Counted from the first letter of the stretch, positions 18,405 to 28,263 are shown. The stretch: DNA of 64,000 nt from Bacteroidota bacterium (GCA_016213435.1 JACRAL010000037.1:19503-83502); one strand, 5' to 3'. The notes: generated by a model from the sequence alone, not told the origin. A program made the numbers and translations.

Positions 18405-18455
18405 GACGTGTAAGTTTAAAGTATAATGTTTAAAATTTGAAGTTGGATTGTAGTT

Positions 18456-18483
18456 ACTTGCCTACTGCCAACTGCCTATTTGC
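18456..18483. repeat. Heptanucleotide array NACTGCC x4 (intergenic)
   Basis: acttgcc tactgcc aactgcc tatttgc. Confidence 0.6.
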
Positions 18484-18574
18484 TTATTTTTTAACCAAAA
18501 GGGACGCAAAGATAATAGATATTTTTAAATAGAAGCGGAAATAATATGAGTGTCAGGAGGAGATTTATGGCTGC

Positions 18575-19087
18575 CTAAAAAACGTATCGAATGGTGAATG
18601 CGCTATCCCAGAAATGAAAAGGATAATTTCTGTACCCGGAAAATTCAAAAAAGGGTTTAACATCCAAAGCAATCGTAACCGGAAGATCCGGAATTCTGTA
18701 TTCAATGCCAAAAATCCCATCAATGCCTAATGTTGAATAATGCCGCCTTTCGTAGTATCCGTTCCATGAATAAGGCCCGGTCTGATGCCAATAATCATAG
18801 CCGTAACCTCCTCCAAAATGTGCTCCTCCTCCGTAAAACCAAAAGAGTCCTTTTATATCGTCTTTGGTAAATGCGGCTTTGTGTATTTCATACAAGCCGG
18901 TTATCTGAAATCCTCTCCATCCCCATCCCGATGAAAATATGCCTTCCATTGCTCTGCCTTCCTTGATGAAATGCTTTGCCGTTATTCCGGATGTCCATCC
19001 GCCACGGAAACCAATACCTGTTTTATAATCCTGTGCCTTACATTCATATGTTATTAAAAGCAATAAAAGTGGAAGTATTTTTTTCAT
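18575..19087 (-). CDS. Small outer-membrane beta-barrel-like protein
   Basis: 170 aa with a signal peptide, a Gly/aromatic-rich sequence and a C-terminal F. Confidence 0.5.
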   Translation of the reverse strand: MKKILPLLLLLITYECKAQDYKTGIGFRGGWTSGITAKHFIKEGRAMEGIFSSGWGWRGFQITGLYEIHKAAFTKDDIKGLFWFYGGGAHFGGGYGYDYWHQTGPYSWNGYYERRHYSTLGIDGIFGIEYRIPDLPVTIALDVKPFFEFSGYRNYPFHFWDSAFTIRYVF

Positions 19088-19221
19088 AATAGATTTATTT
19101 TCTCAAATATACAATTCAAATCTTATCATAATGTCAATGTGTCTTAACATTTTTTAACACTTTTATAAAAATCTATTTACCATTTCCGATATAAATTCGC
19201 ATTCAAAACAATATCAAACCT

Positions 19222-20208
19222 ATGACAGACATTAAAGAACTCAACGACCGCATTCAACGCGAAAGTTCATTCATTGACCTTATTAACCTGGAAATGGATA
19301 AGGTGATCGTGGGGCAGAAATACATGGTTGACCGATTGCTCATCGGTTTGCTTTCAAACGGACATATTCTTCTGGAGGGTGTTCCCGGTCTTGCTAAAAC
19401 GCTTGCGATCAAATCTCTCGCATCCTGCATTCATGCTGATTTCAGCCGAATACAATTCACACCCGATTTGCTTCCGGCAGATTTAATCGGAACACTCATC
19501 TATAATCAGAAGAAGGAAGAATTTACCGTGCGCAAAGGACCTATCTTTTCCAACTTCGTTCTTGCAGATGAAATTAACCGCGCTCCTGCAAAAGTTCAAA
19601 GCGCTCTGCTTGAAGCAATGCAGGAACGCCAAGTAACAATCGGTGACACTACTTTCCCTCTTCCTCAGCCATTCCTTGTTCTTGCTACTCAAAATCCGAT
19701 TGAACAGGAAGGAACTTATCCCTTGCCGGAAGCACAGGTGGACCGTTTTATGCTGAAAGTGGTGATTGGTTATCCAAGCAAAGAAGAGGAAAAAAGAATT
19801 ATTCGAATGAACATTGCTGAAAACTATCCGGCTCCTGCGCGCATCCTCAAACCGGAAGATGTTGTAAAAGCGCGTTCTGTTGTTCGCGAGGTTTATATGG
19901 ATGAAAAAATTGAGAAGTACATTGTTGACATTGTTTTTGCAACACGTAATCCTGCAGATTATAAACTTTCAAAATTTACTTCGCTGATCAGTTATGGCGC
20001 TTCTCCCCGCGCGAGTATTAATCTTGCTCTTGCTTCAAAAGCATATGCATTTATAAAGCGAAGAGGATATGTTATTCCCGAAGACGTTCGCGCAATTTGT
20101 AACGATGTTCTCCGTCACCGTATAGGATTAACCTACGAAGCGGAAGCGGAAAACATCACCAGCGAAAATATTGTAAGTGAAATTCTAAACATAGTGGAGG
20201 TTCCTTAA
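19222..20208 (+). CDS. MoxR-family AAA+ ATPase
   Basis: Walker A GVPGLAKT and Walker B LADEINR; it is the first gene of the Bat operon. Confidence 0.9.
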   Translation: MTDIKELNDRIQRESSFIDLINLEMDKVIVGQKYMVDRLLIGLLSNGHILLEGVPGLAKTLAIKSLASCIHADFSRIQFTPDLLPADLIGTLIYNQKKEEFTVRKGPIFSNFVLADEINRAPAKVQSALLEAMQERQVTIGDTTFPLPQPFLVLATQNPIEQEGTYPLPEAQVDRFMLKVVIGYPSKEEEKRIIRMNIAENYPAPARILKPEDVVKARSVVREVYMDEKIEKYIVDIVFATRNPADYKLSKFTSLISYGASPRASINLALASKAYAFIKRRGYVIPEDVRAICNDVLRHRIGLTYEAEAENITSENIVSEILNIVEVP

Positions 20209-20229
20209 TAGTTTTATTTAGTTTAATCA

Positions 20230-21126
20230 ATGGAAACAACAGAACTTTTAAAGAAAGTCCGTAAGATTGAGATAAAGACACGCGGTCTTTCCAATCAGAT
20301 TTTTTCCGGGGAGTACCACAGTGCTTTCAAGGGAAGAGGAATGGCTTTCAGTGAAGTTCGAGAGTACCAGCCGGGCGATGACATCCGTACGATTGACTGG
20401 AATGTTACAGCTCGATTTAATCATCCTTATATAAAAGTATTTGAGGAAGAACGTGAGCTTACGGTAATGCTTTTGGTGGACGTGAGCGCATCTGAAAATT
20501 TCGGTACACAAAAGCAACTAAAGAAAGACATGCTTACGGAAATCTGTGCGGTTCTTTCTTTTTCCGCCATTCAGAATAATGACAAAACCGGTGTGATTTT
20601 TTTCTCAGATAGAATTGAAAAATTTATTCCTCCTAAAAAAGGGAAAAGTCATATCCTGAGAATTATTCGTGAGCTTATTAATTTTACTCCTGAAGGAAAA
20701 GGAACCGATATTGAATTGGCTCTAAAATATTTCACTAACGTAATTAAGAAAAAATGTATTGCCTTTCTGATTTCAGATTTTATAGATGAAAAATTTACGC
20801 AGGAAAACAAACGAGGCAGTGATGCTTTGAAGATAGCAGGAAAAAAACACGATCTGGTAGCGCTTCGAATAAATGACAAGCGGGAAAACGAACTTCCAAA
20901 CGTGGGATTAATAAGAGTTCTTGATGCAGAAACAGGAAAACTAAAATGGATAGACACAGCAGATACTAAAATCCGTGAGCAATATTCCAAGACATCCGTA
21001 AAGCGCGATGCACGTTTGAAAGATATGTTTAACCGAAGCGGAGTGGATTCAACCACTATCAGCACCTCGGAATCCTATATTAAACCGTTGATGAATTTGT
21101 TTAAAAAAAGAGAATCAAAAAGATAA
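20230..21126 (+). CDS. DUF58 domain protein
   Basis: GDDIRTIDWNVTAR motif, located downstream of moxR. Confidence 0.85.
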   Translation: METTELLKKVRKIEIKTRGLSNQIFSGEYHSAFKGRGMAFSEVREYQPGDDIRTIDWNVTARFNHPYIKVFEEERELTVMLLVDVSASENFGTQKQLKKDMLTEICAVLSFSAIQNNDKTGVIFFSDRIEKFIPPKKGKSHILRIIRELINFTPEGKGTDIELALKYFTNVIKKKCIAFLISDFIDEKFTQENKRGSDALKIAGKKHDLVALRINDKRENELPNVGLIRVLDAETGKLKWIDTADTKIREQYSKTSVKRDARLKDMFNRSGVDSTTISTSESYIKPLMNLFKKRESKR

Positions 21127-21132
21127 AAAAGA

Positions 21133-21164
21133 AAAGCCCCTCCTAACCTCCCCATTGGGGAGGG
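21133..21164. repeat. GC-rich hairpin element (family GCH), intergenic
   Basis: aaagcccctcctaacctccccattggggaggg. Confidence 0.7.
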
Positions 21165-21175
21165 AATAAAGATAA

Positions 21176-22264
21176 ATGAAAAGAGAAATTAAAATAAGGA
21201 CTCTAAAAAAAATAGCACTTGGATTATTTTTATTGTTAATCTATTCGAATTTGTTTTCTCAATCCCTCCCCAATGGGGAGGGCAGGGGTGGGGCTTCCGT
21301 TACCGCTACTGCCTCACTTGACACCAATGCAATTCTTATCGGTAAACAGGCAAAAGTAAAACTGACAGTAGAATACAAAACCGATCAGGGAAATATAAGA
21401 ATTAATTTTCCGAGAGTTGCGGATACGCTCATTAAACAGATCGAAGTTGTTGGGAAATCAAAAATCGAAAGTTACATTCCTGATTCATCCGATATGAATC
21501 GTCTGGCTCAAACTCAAACAATCATTATTACCTCTTTTGATTCAGGATACTATGCAATTCCACCCTTCCGATTTATTATCAACGGAGATTCAATCAAATC
21601 GATAGAAACAGAGCCTTTGCTGTTTTCAGTGAATACTATTGCTGTTGATACAACCATTGCAATCAAAGACATTAAACCACCGCTCGAGGTTCCCTTCAAC
21701 TGGAAGGAGTTGCTTCCTTATATATATGGCGGACTGGGCGCACTTGCCGTTCTTGCCGGATTAATTTATTTAATTCTTTATTATATCAAAAAACGAAAAG
21801 AGAAACCTGTTCATGAAATTATTATTCCAAAGATTCCGGCACACGTTACTGCATTGGAGCAATTAGAAAAATTAAAGGAGGAAAAACTCTGGCAGCAAGG
21901 AAAACTCAAGGAATATCATTCTGGACTTTCAGATATTATCCGGCAATACATTGAGCATCGGTTCTACATCCACGCAATGGAACAGGTTACAGATGAAATC
22001 ATGTACTCGTTTAGAACTGCTGATGTAAGCGAAGAGCTAAAAATGAAATTAAGAAATATTTTATTTCTTTCCGATCTTGTGAAGTTTGCCAAAGAGCAAC
22101 CGCTTCCTAATGAAAATGAAATGAGTTGGATAAATGCGTATGAATTTGTGGCGGCAACAAAAATAGAAACAAAAGCCCACCCCCAACCCCTCTCATTAGG
22201 AGGGGAGCAGGGAAATAGAGACCTCCCTGATGGGGAGAATTTAGGAGGGGATCAACAGGTATGA
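21176..22264 (+). CDS. Bat-operon membrane protein (BatD-like N-terminus, TM helix, DUF4381-like C-terminus)
   Basis: 362 aa, placed between DUF58 and batA. It carries GCH insertions at 21264-21296 and 22172-22250. Confidence 0.6.
   Translation: MKREIKIRTLKKIALGLFLLLIYSNLFSQSLPNGEGRGGASVTATASLDTNAILIGKQAKVKLTVEYKTDQGNIRINFPRVADTLIKQIEVVGKSKIESYIPDSSDMNRLAQTQTIIITSFDSGYYAIPPFRFIINGDSIKSIETEPLLFSVNTIAVDTTIAIKDIKPPLEVPFNWKELLPYIYGGLGALAVLAGLIYLILYYIKKRKEKPVHEIIIPKIPAHVTALEQLEKLKEEKLWQQGKLKEYHSGLSDIIRQYIEHRFYIHAMEQVTDEIMYSFRTADVSEELKMKLRNILFLSDLVKFAKEQPLPNENEMSWINAYEFVAATKIETKAHPQPLSLGGEQGNRDLPDGENLGGDQQV
21264..21296. repeat. GCH element, inverted orientation, in frame in a CDS (..SLPNGEGRGGAS..)
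   Basis: ccctccccaatggggagggcaggggtggggctt. Confidence 0.7.
22172..22250. repeat. Two GCH-like elements forming the C-terminal tail of 21176-22264
   Basis: aaagcccacccccaacccctctcattaggaggggag ... acctccctgatggggagaatttaggagggg. Confidence 0.6.
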
Positions 22265-23262
22265 ACTTTTTTTCCAACATATCATTTGCGCATCCGATGC
22301 TGTTGTGGCTGTTGGTCGTAATTCCTATACTTATCGCATCGTATGTATTACGAAACAACTGGGGCGAGATTCAAATTTCATCTCTCGCAAATTTTTTATT
22401 GACAGCAAGGTCGTTCAAAGAATATTTAAAACATTTCATGTTTGCCATGAAGCTTATTGCGATTGGGTTGCTCATTGTTGTTGTTGCGCGTCCTCAATCA
22501 AAAACAAGCTGGAAAAATATTATAACCGAGGGAATTGATATTGTTCTCGCGATGGATATTTCTGGCTCTATGTTAGCAAAAGACTTTAAGCCAAATAGAA
22601 TAGAAGCTGCAAAAGAAGTTGCAACAGAATTTATAGATGCGCGTACGAATGACAGGATCGGCTTAGTGGTTTTCAGCGGAGAAAGTTTTACGCAGTGTCC
22701 GCTCACCACCGACCATGCTATTATTAAAAACCTGATGGGCGATATTAAAACAGGCATGATAGCGGACGGAACTGCGATCGGAATGGGCCTTGCAACTGCA
22801 GTCAGCAGAATAAAAGACAGCAAAGCAAAAAGCAAAGTAATTATTCTGCTGACGGATGGTATTAACAACATGGGAGCGGTGGCTCCGCAAACTGCTGCGG
22901 AAATTGCAAAAGCTTTTGGTGTTCGTCTCTATACAATAGGTGTTGGCTCGATGGGAAAAGCGCTTGCACCCGTAGCAATGTATCCGAACGGACAATATGT
23001 ATATGACTATGTTCCTGTAGAGATAGACGAAAAAATGCTTGGTAATATTGCGGACATGACAGGCGGAAAATATTTTCGTGCAACAGGAAATGATAAACTT
23101 ACTTCCATTTATAAAGAAATTGATCGTATGGAAAAAACAATTGTGGAAGAAAGAAAGCACACACGCAGGACAGAAGAGTTTTTTCCTTATGCGCTTGCTG
23201 CCGGAATTTTGCTCTTGTTGGATTTTGCATTAAACAATACAATACTTAGAAGTCTCCCATAA
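22261..23262 (+). CDS. batA: BatA (VWA domain, membrane-anchored)
   Basis: MIDAS motif DISGSM and the FKPNRIEAAK motif. An ATGA overlap links it to the upstream gene. Confidence 0.85.
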   Translation: MNFFSNISFAHPMLLWLLVVIPILIASYVLRNNWGEIQISSLANFLLTARSFKEYLKHFMFAMKLIAIGLLIVVVARPQSKTSWKNIITEGIDIVLAMDISGSMLAKDFKPNRIEAAKEVATEFIDARTNDRIGLVVFSGESFTQCPLTTDHAIIKNLMGDIKTGMIADGTAIGMGLATAVSRIKDSKAKSKVIILLTDGINNMGAVAPQTAAEIAKAFGVRLYTIGVGSMGKALAPVAMYPNGQYVYDYVPVEIDEKMLGNIADMTGGKYFRATGNDKLTSIYKEIDRMEKTIVEERKHTRRTEEFFPYALAAGILLLLDFALNNTILRSLP

Positions 23263-23263
23263 G

Positions 23264-24295
23264 ATGTATAGATTTGATCATATAGAATTTTTATACGGAC
23301 TCCTCCTAATCCCGGTACTGATCCTTCTCTTTGTTTTAACAAGAGTATGGAGAAAAAGAGTCTTGAAAAAATTGGGCGACATGGAAATACTTTCGCAAAT
23401 GATGCCAAGTGTTTCATCCGTAAAACCAACATTACGTTTCATCTTATTTCTCTTGGCAATCACCTTTTTAATTTTCGGACTGGTAAATCCTCAGATTGGT
23501 TCCAAGCTGGAAGAAATTAAGCGCGAAGGTTCTGACATTATAATTTGTCTTGATGTTTCCAACAGCATGAAGGCGGAAGATTTCAAGCCGAACCGTTTGG
23601 TAAAAGCAAAGCAGGCAATTGAAAAATTAATAGACAAACTCAATAACGACAGAATAGGAATCATTGTTTTTGCAGGAGAAGCGTATGTGCAACTGCCTAT
23701 TACAACAGATTATGCTGCTGCAAAATTATTTCTTGAAAACGTGGATTGCGATGCCGTACCTATTCAGGGAACGGTAATAAGTTCTGCTATTGAGATTGCA
23801 GAGAGATCTTTCGGCACAGAAGAAGGAAAAAACAAAGCCATTGTCATTATTTCAGATGGAGAATCTCACGATGATGATGCCATTGCGGCAGCGCGTACGG
23901 CAACTGAGAAAAACATAGTAATTCATACCATCGGCATAGGTTCACCGGATGGGGTTCCGATTCCAGTTTATAAAAATAATGTGCAGTTGGGATTCAGAAA
24001 AGATAAAGAAGGAAATGCTGTTGTAACAAAATTAAACGAAGGAGCATTAGAGGAGATTGCATCTGCAGGAAACGGAGTATATGTACGTGCCACTCAGGGA
24101 GAAATAGGTCTTATTGCCTTGCAGGAGAGAATCAATAAAATGGAAAAGAAAACTTTTGATGCAAAAGTGTATACCGATTACGAAGACCGGTTCCAGATAT
24201 TCATTGGTGTTGCGCTTTTCTTTCTGTTGATTGAATCCTTTCTTACGGAAAGAAAAAGCAAATGGTGGGAGAAAATGTTTAAAGCTAAAACATGA
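23264..24295 (+). CDS. batB: BatB (VWA domain)
   Basis: DVSNSM, FKPNRLVKAK. Confidence 0.85.
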   Translation: MYRFDHIEFLYGLLLIPVLILLFVLTRVWRKRVLKKLGDMEILSQMMPSVSSVKPTLRFILFLLAITFLIFGLVNPQIGSKLEEIKREGSDIIICLDVSNSMKAEDFKPNRLVKAKQAIEKLIDKLNNDRIGIIVFAGEAYVQLPITTDYAAAKLFLENVDCDAVPIQGTVISSAIEIAERSFGTEEGKNKAIVIISDGESHDDDAIAAARTATEKNIVIHTIGIGSPDGVPIPVYKNNVQLGFRKDKEGNAVVTKLNEGALEEIASAGNGVYVRATQGEIGLIALQERINKMEKKTFDAKVYTDYEDRFQIFIGVALFFLLIESFLTERKSKWWEKMFKAKT

Positions 24296-25005
24296 ATCTG
24301 ATTAAATATATATTGATTCTATTCGCTACTGGCTATTGGCTATTGGCTACTGGCTACGCGCAGACGATTGACGAACAAAAACTCGTGCGTGACGGCAATA
24401 AAAAATATAAGGAGAAAAAATTTGCTGAGGCGGAAAAAAATTACCTTAATGCTTTGGGCAAGCAATCGAGTTCATACAGGGGGGCGTTTAATCTTGGCGA
24501 TTCCTATTACAAACAGGGAAAATATAAAGAAGCATCTGAGCAGTTTGAATCACTTGCGGCAAGGAAATCAAGCGATGATACGCTCTCAAAGGTATATCAT
24601 AACTTAGGAAACTCTTATCTGAAGCAAAAAGAATTTGAGAAAGCGATTAATGCCTATAAAAATGCACTGAAGAAAAATGATGCGGATGATGAAACCAGAT
24701 ACAATCTTGCTTATTCCCAGAGAATGCTGAAACAGCAACAAGAACAAAAGAAGCAGCAAAAGAAAGATCAGGACAAGAAAGAACAAGACAAAAAGGATGA
24801 TAAGAATCAAGATAAGAAGGACGATAAGAATAAGGACAAAAAGAAAGACGATAAGAAAGATCAGCAACAGCAGAGTCAGAATATTTCCAAAGAGGATGCT
24901 CAGCGTTTACTCGAAGCGATGAACAACGATGAAAAGAAACTCAGAGATAAGATGAATGAGAAAAAAGTAAGAGTGGCTAAAACACAAATAGAAAAAGACT
25001 GGTAG
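24292..25005 (+). CDS. batC: BatC (TPR protein with a K/D/Q-rich tail)
   Basis: TPR repeats followed by a low-complexity KKQQKKDQDKKEQDKKDDK tail. Confidence 0.75.
   Translation: MNLIKYILILFATGYWLLATGYAQTIDEQKLVRDGNKKYKEKKFAEAEKNYLNALGKQSSSYRGAFNLGDSYYKQGKYKEASEQFESLAARKSSDDTLSKVYHNLGNSYLKQKEFEKAINAYKNALKKNDADDETRYNLAYSQRMLKQQQEQKKQQKKDQDKKEQDKKDDKNQDKKDDKNKDKKKDDKKDQQQQSQNISKEDAQRLLEAMNNDEKKLRDKMNEKKVRVAKTQIEKDW
24325..24359. repeat. Heptanucleotide array GCTAYTG x5 inside the batC signal-peptide codons
   Basis: gctactg gctattg gctattg gctactg gctacgc, encoding ATGYWLLATGYA. Confidence 0.7.
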
Positions 25006-25007
25006 TA

Positions 25008-25038
25008 AAAGCCCCTCCTGACCTCCCCAAAAGGGAGG
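25008..25038. repeat. GCH element, intergenic
   Basis: aaagcccctcctgacctccccaaaagggagg. Confidence 0.7.
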
Positions 25039-25049
25039 AACGGAACACC

Positions 25050-26939
25050 ATGAGATCAAAAAATACATACACAAAAAAGATCATAGCGGTTGTCGCTTTG
25101 CATTCTGCTATTGGATTACTCTCCCTTCCATTCGGGAAGGGTTGGGGATGGGCTTCTGATTTATACGCTCAAAAGTTTACGGCATCCGTTAATAAAAATA
25201 GGGTAGCAGTAGGAGAAGTTTTTCAGTTAGATTTTTCAATCAATGCAAATGGGAGAAATTTTACTCCTCCTTCTTTCGGAGACTTTACAGTGTATTCGGG
25301 TCCTAATCAATCTACCAGTATGCAGATTGTTAACGGGAATATGTCTCAGTCAATTACCCTTTCTTATTACCTCGCTGCAAAAAAAGAGGGAACTTTTACG
25401 ATTGGAGCAGCATCAATTATTGTGGGCAATAATACGCTTCAATCCAATGCCATAAATATTGAAGCTGTGAAAAGTGGCAATACGCAACAACAAGCGCAAC
25501 CACAGCAGCAAAACGGAACGAAGGGAAAGAATAGCAGTCAGGGAAGCAGTGAAAATATTTTTTCGAGAACATCGGTAAGTAAATCAAAAGTGTATGCGGG
25601 TGAACAGATCGTAATCACACACAAAGTGTACACGCGAATGAATTTAAAAGGATTTCAGAGTGTGAAATTTCCTTCTTACAATGGATTCTGGATGCAGGAA
25701 GTTCCGCGAAACGCACAGTATGAAATAAAAGCAGAAAATGTAGATGGAGTTAACTATAACGTAGTAGAAGTCAAAAAAGCATTTTTGTTTGCGCAGCGCA
25801 TCGGAAAAATTGAAATTGAACCAATGGAAATTGAATGTGTAATACGTGAAAAATCAGGAAGACGAAACGATCCGTTCTCTCAAATTTTCGGGAACGATCC
25901 TTTTTTTGGCTTTGATTCTTATAAAGATGTAGTCTACAATGTTAAAAGCAATGCCGTAACTATTGATGTGGCATCTTTGCCGGAAGCAGGAAAGCCGGCA
26001 GATTTTCCGGGAGCTGTGGGGAATTTCAGCATGAATGCCACAATCGATAAAGACAAAGTGAAAGCGAATAACGGGATCAACCTGAAGATTACAATTTCAG
26101 GAAAAGGAAACCTGAAACTGATCGATGCGCCCAAAATGAATTTCCCCGATGAGTTTGAAACCTATGATCCGAAGACCAATGAAAATATTGCGGCAAATGA
26201 AAATGGAGTTTCTGGAAGTAAAATTTTCGAATACCTGCTTATCCCGCGTCACGAGGGTATTTACAAAATAGAGCCATGGAAATTCAACTATTTTGATGCG
26301 GAGAAAAAGACCTATGTTGCTTTGCCATCGAAGGAGTTTACTGTTACAGTTGAAAAAGGAGATGGCGGGATTTCGGGTGCTATGCCTGTATTTTCCAGTG
26401 TGTCAAAAGAAGATGTAAAAATTTTTGGGAACGATATACGCTATATCAAAACGGATAATGTTCCTTTGAGCAAGCAAGGAGAATATTTTTTTAGTTCACC
26501 ATTGTTCATAGCCGGATTTTCGGTTCCTCCTTTACTCTTTCTTGCATTTTTATTTTTGAGGCGGGAACATATCCGCAGAAACAGCGACCTTGCGATGGTC
26601 AGAAAAAGAGGAGCCGGCAGGATAGCAAAGAAGCAACTTGCTCAGGCAGAAAAATCGATGAAAGCCAGCGATAAAGAAAACTTCTTTGTGAATATTTTAT
26701 CGGCACTTTACAGTTATGCAGGTAATAAGATGAATATCCCGGTGGCGGAACTTTCAAAAGAAAAAGTAGTGGAGTTGCTGAGAGAAAAAAATGTGCAGGA
26801 GGATACCATTAATGAACTTGTAAAACTTTTAGACGAATGTGAGTTCGCAAGGTATGCTCCGGGATTGCAATCGGGAAATTTGCAGGAAGTTTATGACAGG
26901 GCAGCAAACATCATTACCAAAATTGAAAATGCGATATAA
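25050..26939 (+). CDS. batD: BatD (oxygen-tolerance protein)
   Basis: 629 aa with a BatD-type N-terminal domain, a late TM helix and a C-terminal helical region. Confidence 0.8.
   Translation: MRSKNTYTKKIIAVVALHSAIGLLSLPFGKGWGWASDLYAQKFTASVNKNRVAVGEVFQLDFSINANGRNFTPPSFGDFTVYSGPNQSTSMQIVNGNMSQSITLSYYLAAKKEGTFTIGAASIIVGNNTLQSNAINIEAVKSGNTQQQAQPQQQNGTKGKNSSQGSSENIFSRTSVSKSKVYAGEQIVITHKVYTRMNLKGFQSVKFPSYNGFWMQEVPRNAQYEIKAENVDGVNYNVVEVKKAFLFAQRIGKIEIEPMEIECVIREKSGRRNDPFSQIFGNDPFFGFDSYKDVVYNVKSNAVTIDVASLPEAGKPADFPGAVGNFSMNATIDKDKVKANNGINLKITISGKGNLKLIDAPKMNFPDEFETYDPKTNENIAANENGVSGSKIFEYLLIPRHEGIYKIEPWKFNYFDAEKKTYVALPSKEFTVTVEKGDGGISGAMPVFSSVSKEDVKIFGNDIRYIKTDNVPLSKQGEYFFSSPLFIAGFSVPPLLFLAFLFLRREHIRRNSDLAMVRKRGAGRIAKKQLAQAEKSMKASDKENFFVNILSALYSYAGNKMNIPVAELSKEKVVELLREKNVQEDTINELVKLLDECEFARYAPGLQSGNLQEVYDRAANIITKIENAI
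25121..25155. repeat. GCH element in frame in the batD N-terminus (..LPFGKGWGWAS..)
   Basis: ctcccttccattcgggaagggttggggatgggctt. Confidence 0.7.
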
Positions 26940-27765
26940 TAATTCAAAATCAAAAATTCCAAGCTCCAAGCTCCAAGCTCCAAGAAAAACCATTTGGGGC
27001 TTTGAACTTGGGATTTGGTGCTTGGGACTTATGCTGCTTGTCTCCCTTCAGGGTTGGGGCATCGCCTTCACTCCTTCTGCTGCACTCGACAGCGCAAATC
27101 ACGCTTATTCAAAAGGGAATTTTGAAAAAGCATCACAGTTGTACAAGGGAATTATAGCGCAAGGATATGAATCACCTGAAGTTTATTTTAATCTTGGTAA
27201 TTCCTACTACAAACTTGCCAAGATCGGAATGTCGGTGTTGAATTATGAACGTGCTAAAAAACTTTCCCCTCAGGATGCAGACATTAACTTTAATCTGAAA
27301 CTTGTTAGTCAGAAAACACTTGACAAGATAGAACCTGCTCCAAAACTTTTTCTCGAAGAATGGTGGGATAATATTAAAAGTATGCACTCTGAAAAAACAT
27401 GGGGAATAAGAAGCATTGTTTGTTTCGTGTTCTTTCTTTTCTTTCTGGGAGTTTTTATTACAACCAAAAAAATTTTAAGCAAGCAGCTTGGTTTCTGGCT
27501 CTCTCTTGTGTTTGTTGTTTTCTCAGCTATTTCCTTCTTCATTTCAAAAAGCAGGTACAACGATATCTCCGGCCAGAATGCGGCTGTTATCCTTTCCTCT
27601 TCAGTCGAAATAAAAAATTCTCCTACTGATGCAGGAATAAAACTTTTCATACTGCATGAAGGAACTAAAGTTGCCGCATCCGAAACAAATGGCGACTGGG
27701 TGAAAATCGAACTTACTTCCGAGAAAGTGGGATGGGTGAAGCGAAGTTCTGTAGAATTCATTTAA
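26929..27765 (+). CDS. batE: BatE (TPR plus C-terminal SH3b domain)
   Basis: I prefer the ATG at 26929 over the ORF-track start at 26839, which overlaps batD by 100 nt. It has TPR repeats, TM helices and GDWVKIELTSEKVGWVKRSSV (SH3b). Confidence 0.75.
   Translation: MRYNNSKSKIPSSKLQAPRKTIWGFELGIWCLGLMLLVSLQGWGIAFTPSAALDSANHAYSKGNFEKASQLYKGIIAQGYESPEVYFNLGNSYYKLAKIGMSVLNYERAKKLSPQDADINFNLKLVSQKTLDKIEPAPKLFLEEWWDNIKSMHSEKTWGIRSIVCFVFFLFFLGVFITTKKILSKQLGFWLSLVFVVFSAISFFISKSRYNDISGQNAAVILSSSVEIKNSPTDAGIKLFILHEGTKVAASETNGDWVKIELTSEKVGWVKRSSVEFI
26958..27030. repeat. Heptamer array TCCAAGC x4 facing an inverted degenerate array (RCTTGGR), forming a potential long hairpin
   Basis: tccaagctccaagctccaagctccaag ... 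atttggggctttgaacttgggatttggtgcttggg. Confidence 0.6.
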
Positions 27766-27768
27766 CGC

Positions 27769-28263
27769 ATGACCCGCATTTTACTTCTCTCGGATACTCA
27801 CAATCACTTTGATGAGAAAATAGCGAAGTATGCCGAGTCCTGCGATCAGATCTGGCATGCAGGTGATATTGGCACAGCGGCAGTTACAGATAAATTAAAA
27901 AAATTAAAACTGCTCATCGCAGTTTACGGAAACGTTGACGGGATGGATGTGCGCAGGGAATTTCCTGAGCATCAGCGATTCAAATGCGAAGAGGTAAGTG
28001 TATGGATGACACACATTGGAGGAAGTCCGGGAAAATATTCTCCGAACATCAGGAATGCACTTATGATAAAACCGCCTAAGCTCTTCATTTGTGGGCATTC
28101 TCACATTTTAAAAGTAATGTACGACAAGAAACACCACATGCTTTACATGAATCCCGGCTCGGCAGGAAATTACGGTGCGCATAAAGTGAAAACTTTGCTT
28201 CGATTTACAATAGATAAAACAGAGATAAAAGATCTTGAAGTCATTGAATTCGGTAAATTGTAA
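27769..28263 (+). CDS. YfcE/MJ0936-type metallophosphoesterase
   Basis: LLLSDTHNH, GDIG, GNVD, GHSH. Confidence 0.85.
   Translation: MTRILLLSDTHNHFDEKIAKYAESCDQIWHAGDIGTAAVTDKLKKLKLLIAVYGNVDGMDVRREFPEHQRFKCEEVSVWMTHIGGSPGKYSPNIRNALMIKPPKLFICGHSHILKVMYDKKHHMLYMNPGSAGNYGAHKVKTLLRFTIDKTEIKDLEVIEFGKL

Noticed and set aside
24604-24867. 87-aa minus-strand ORF (LILIL...)
   Set aside because: It is antisense to the low-complexity K/D/Q-rich tail of batC and is an artefact of the biased sequence.
26839-26928. Upstream extension of batE given in the ORF track
   Set aside because: It overlaps batD by about 100 nt. The ATG at 26929 gives a normal short overlap and a sensible N-terminus.
19222-27765. 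The Bat/MoxR-VWA operon as the novel system
   Set aside because: The gene order moxR-DUF58-membrane protein-batA-E matches the Bacteroides aerotolerance operon already described. Only the repeat insertions in it are unusual.
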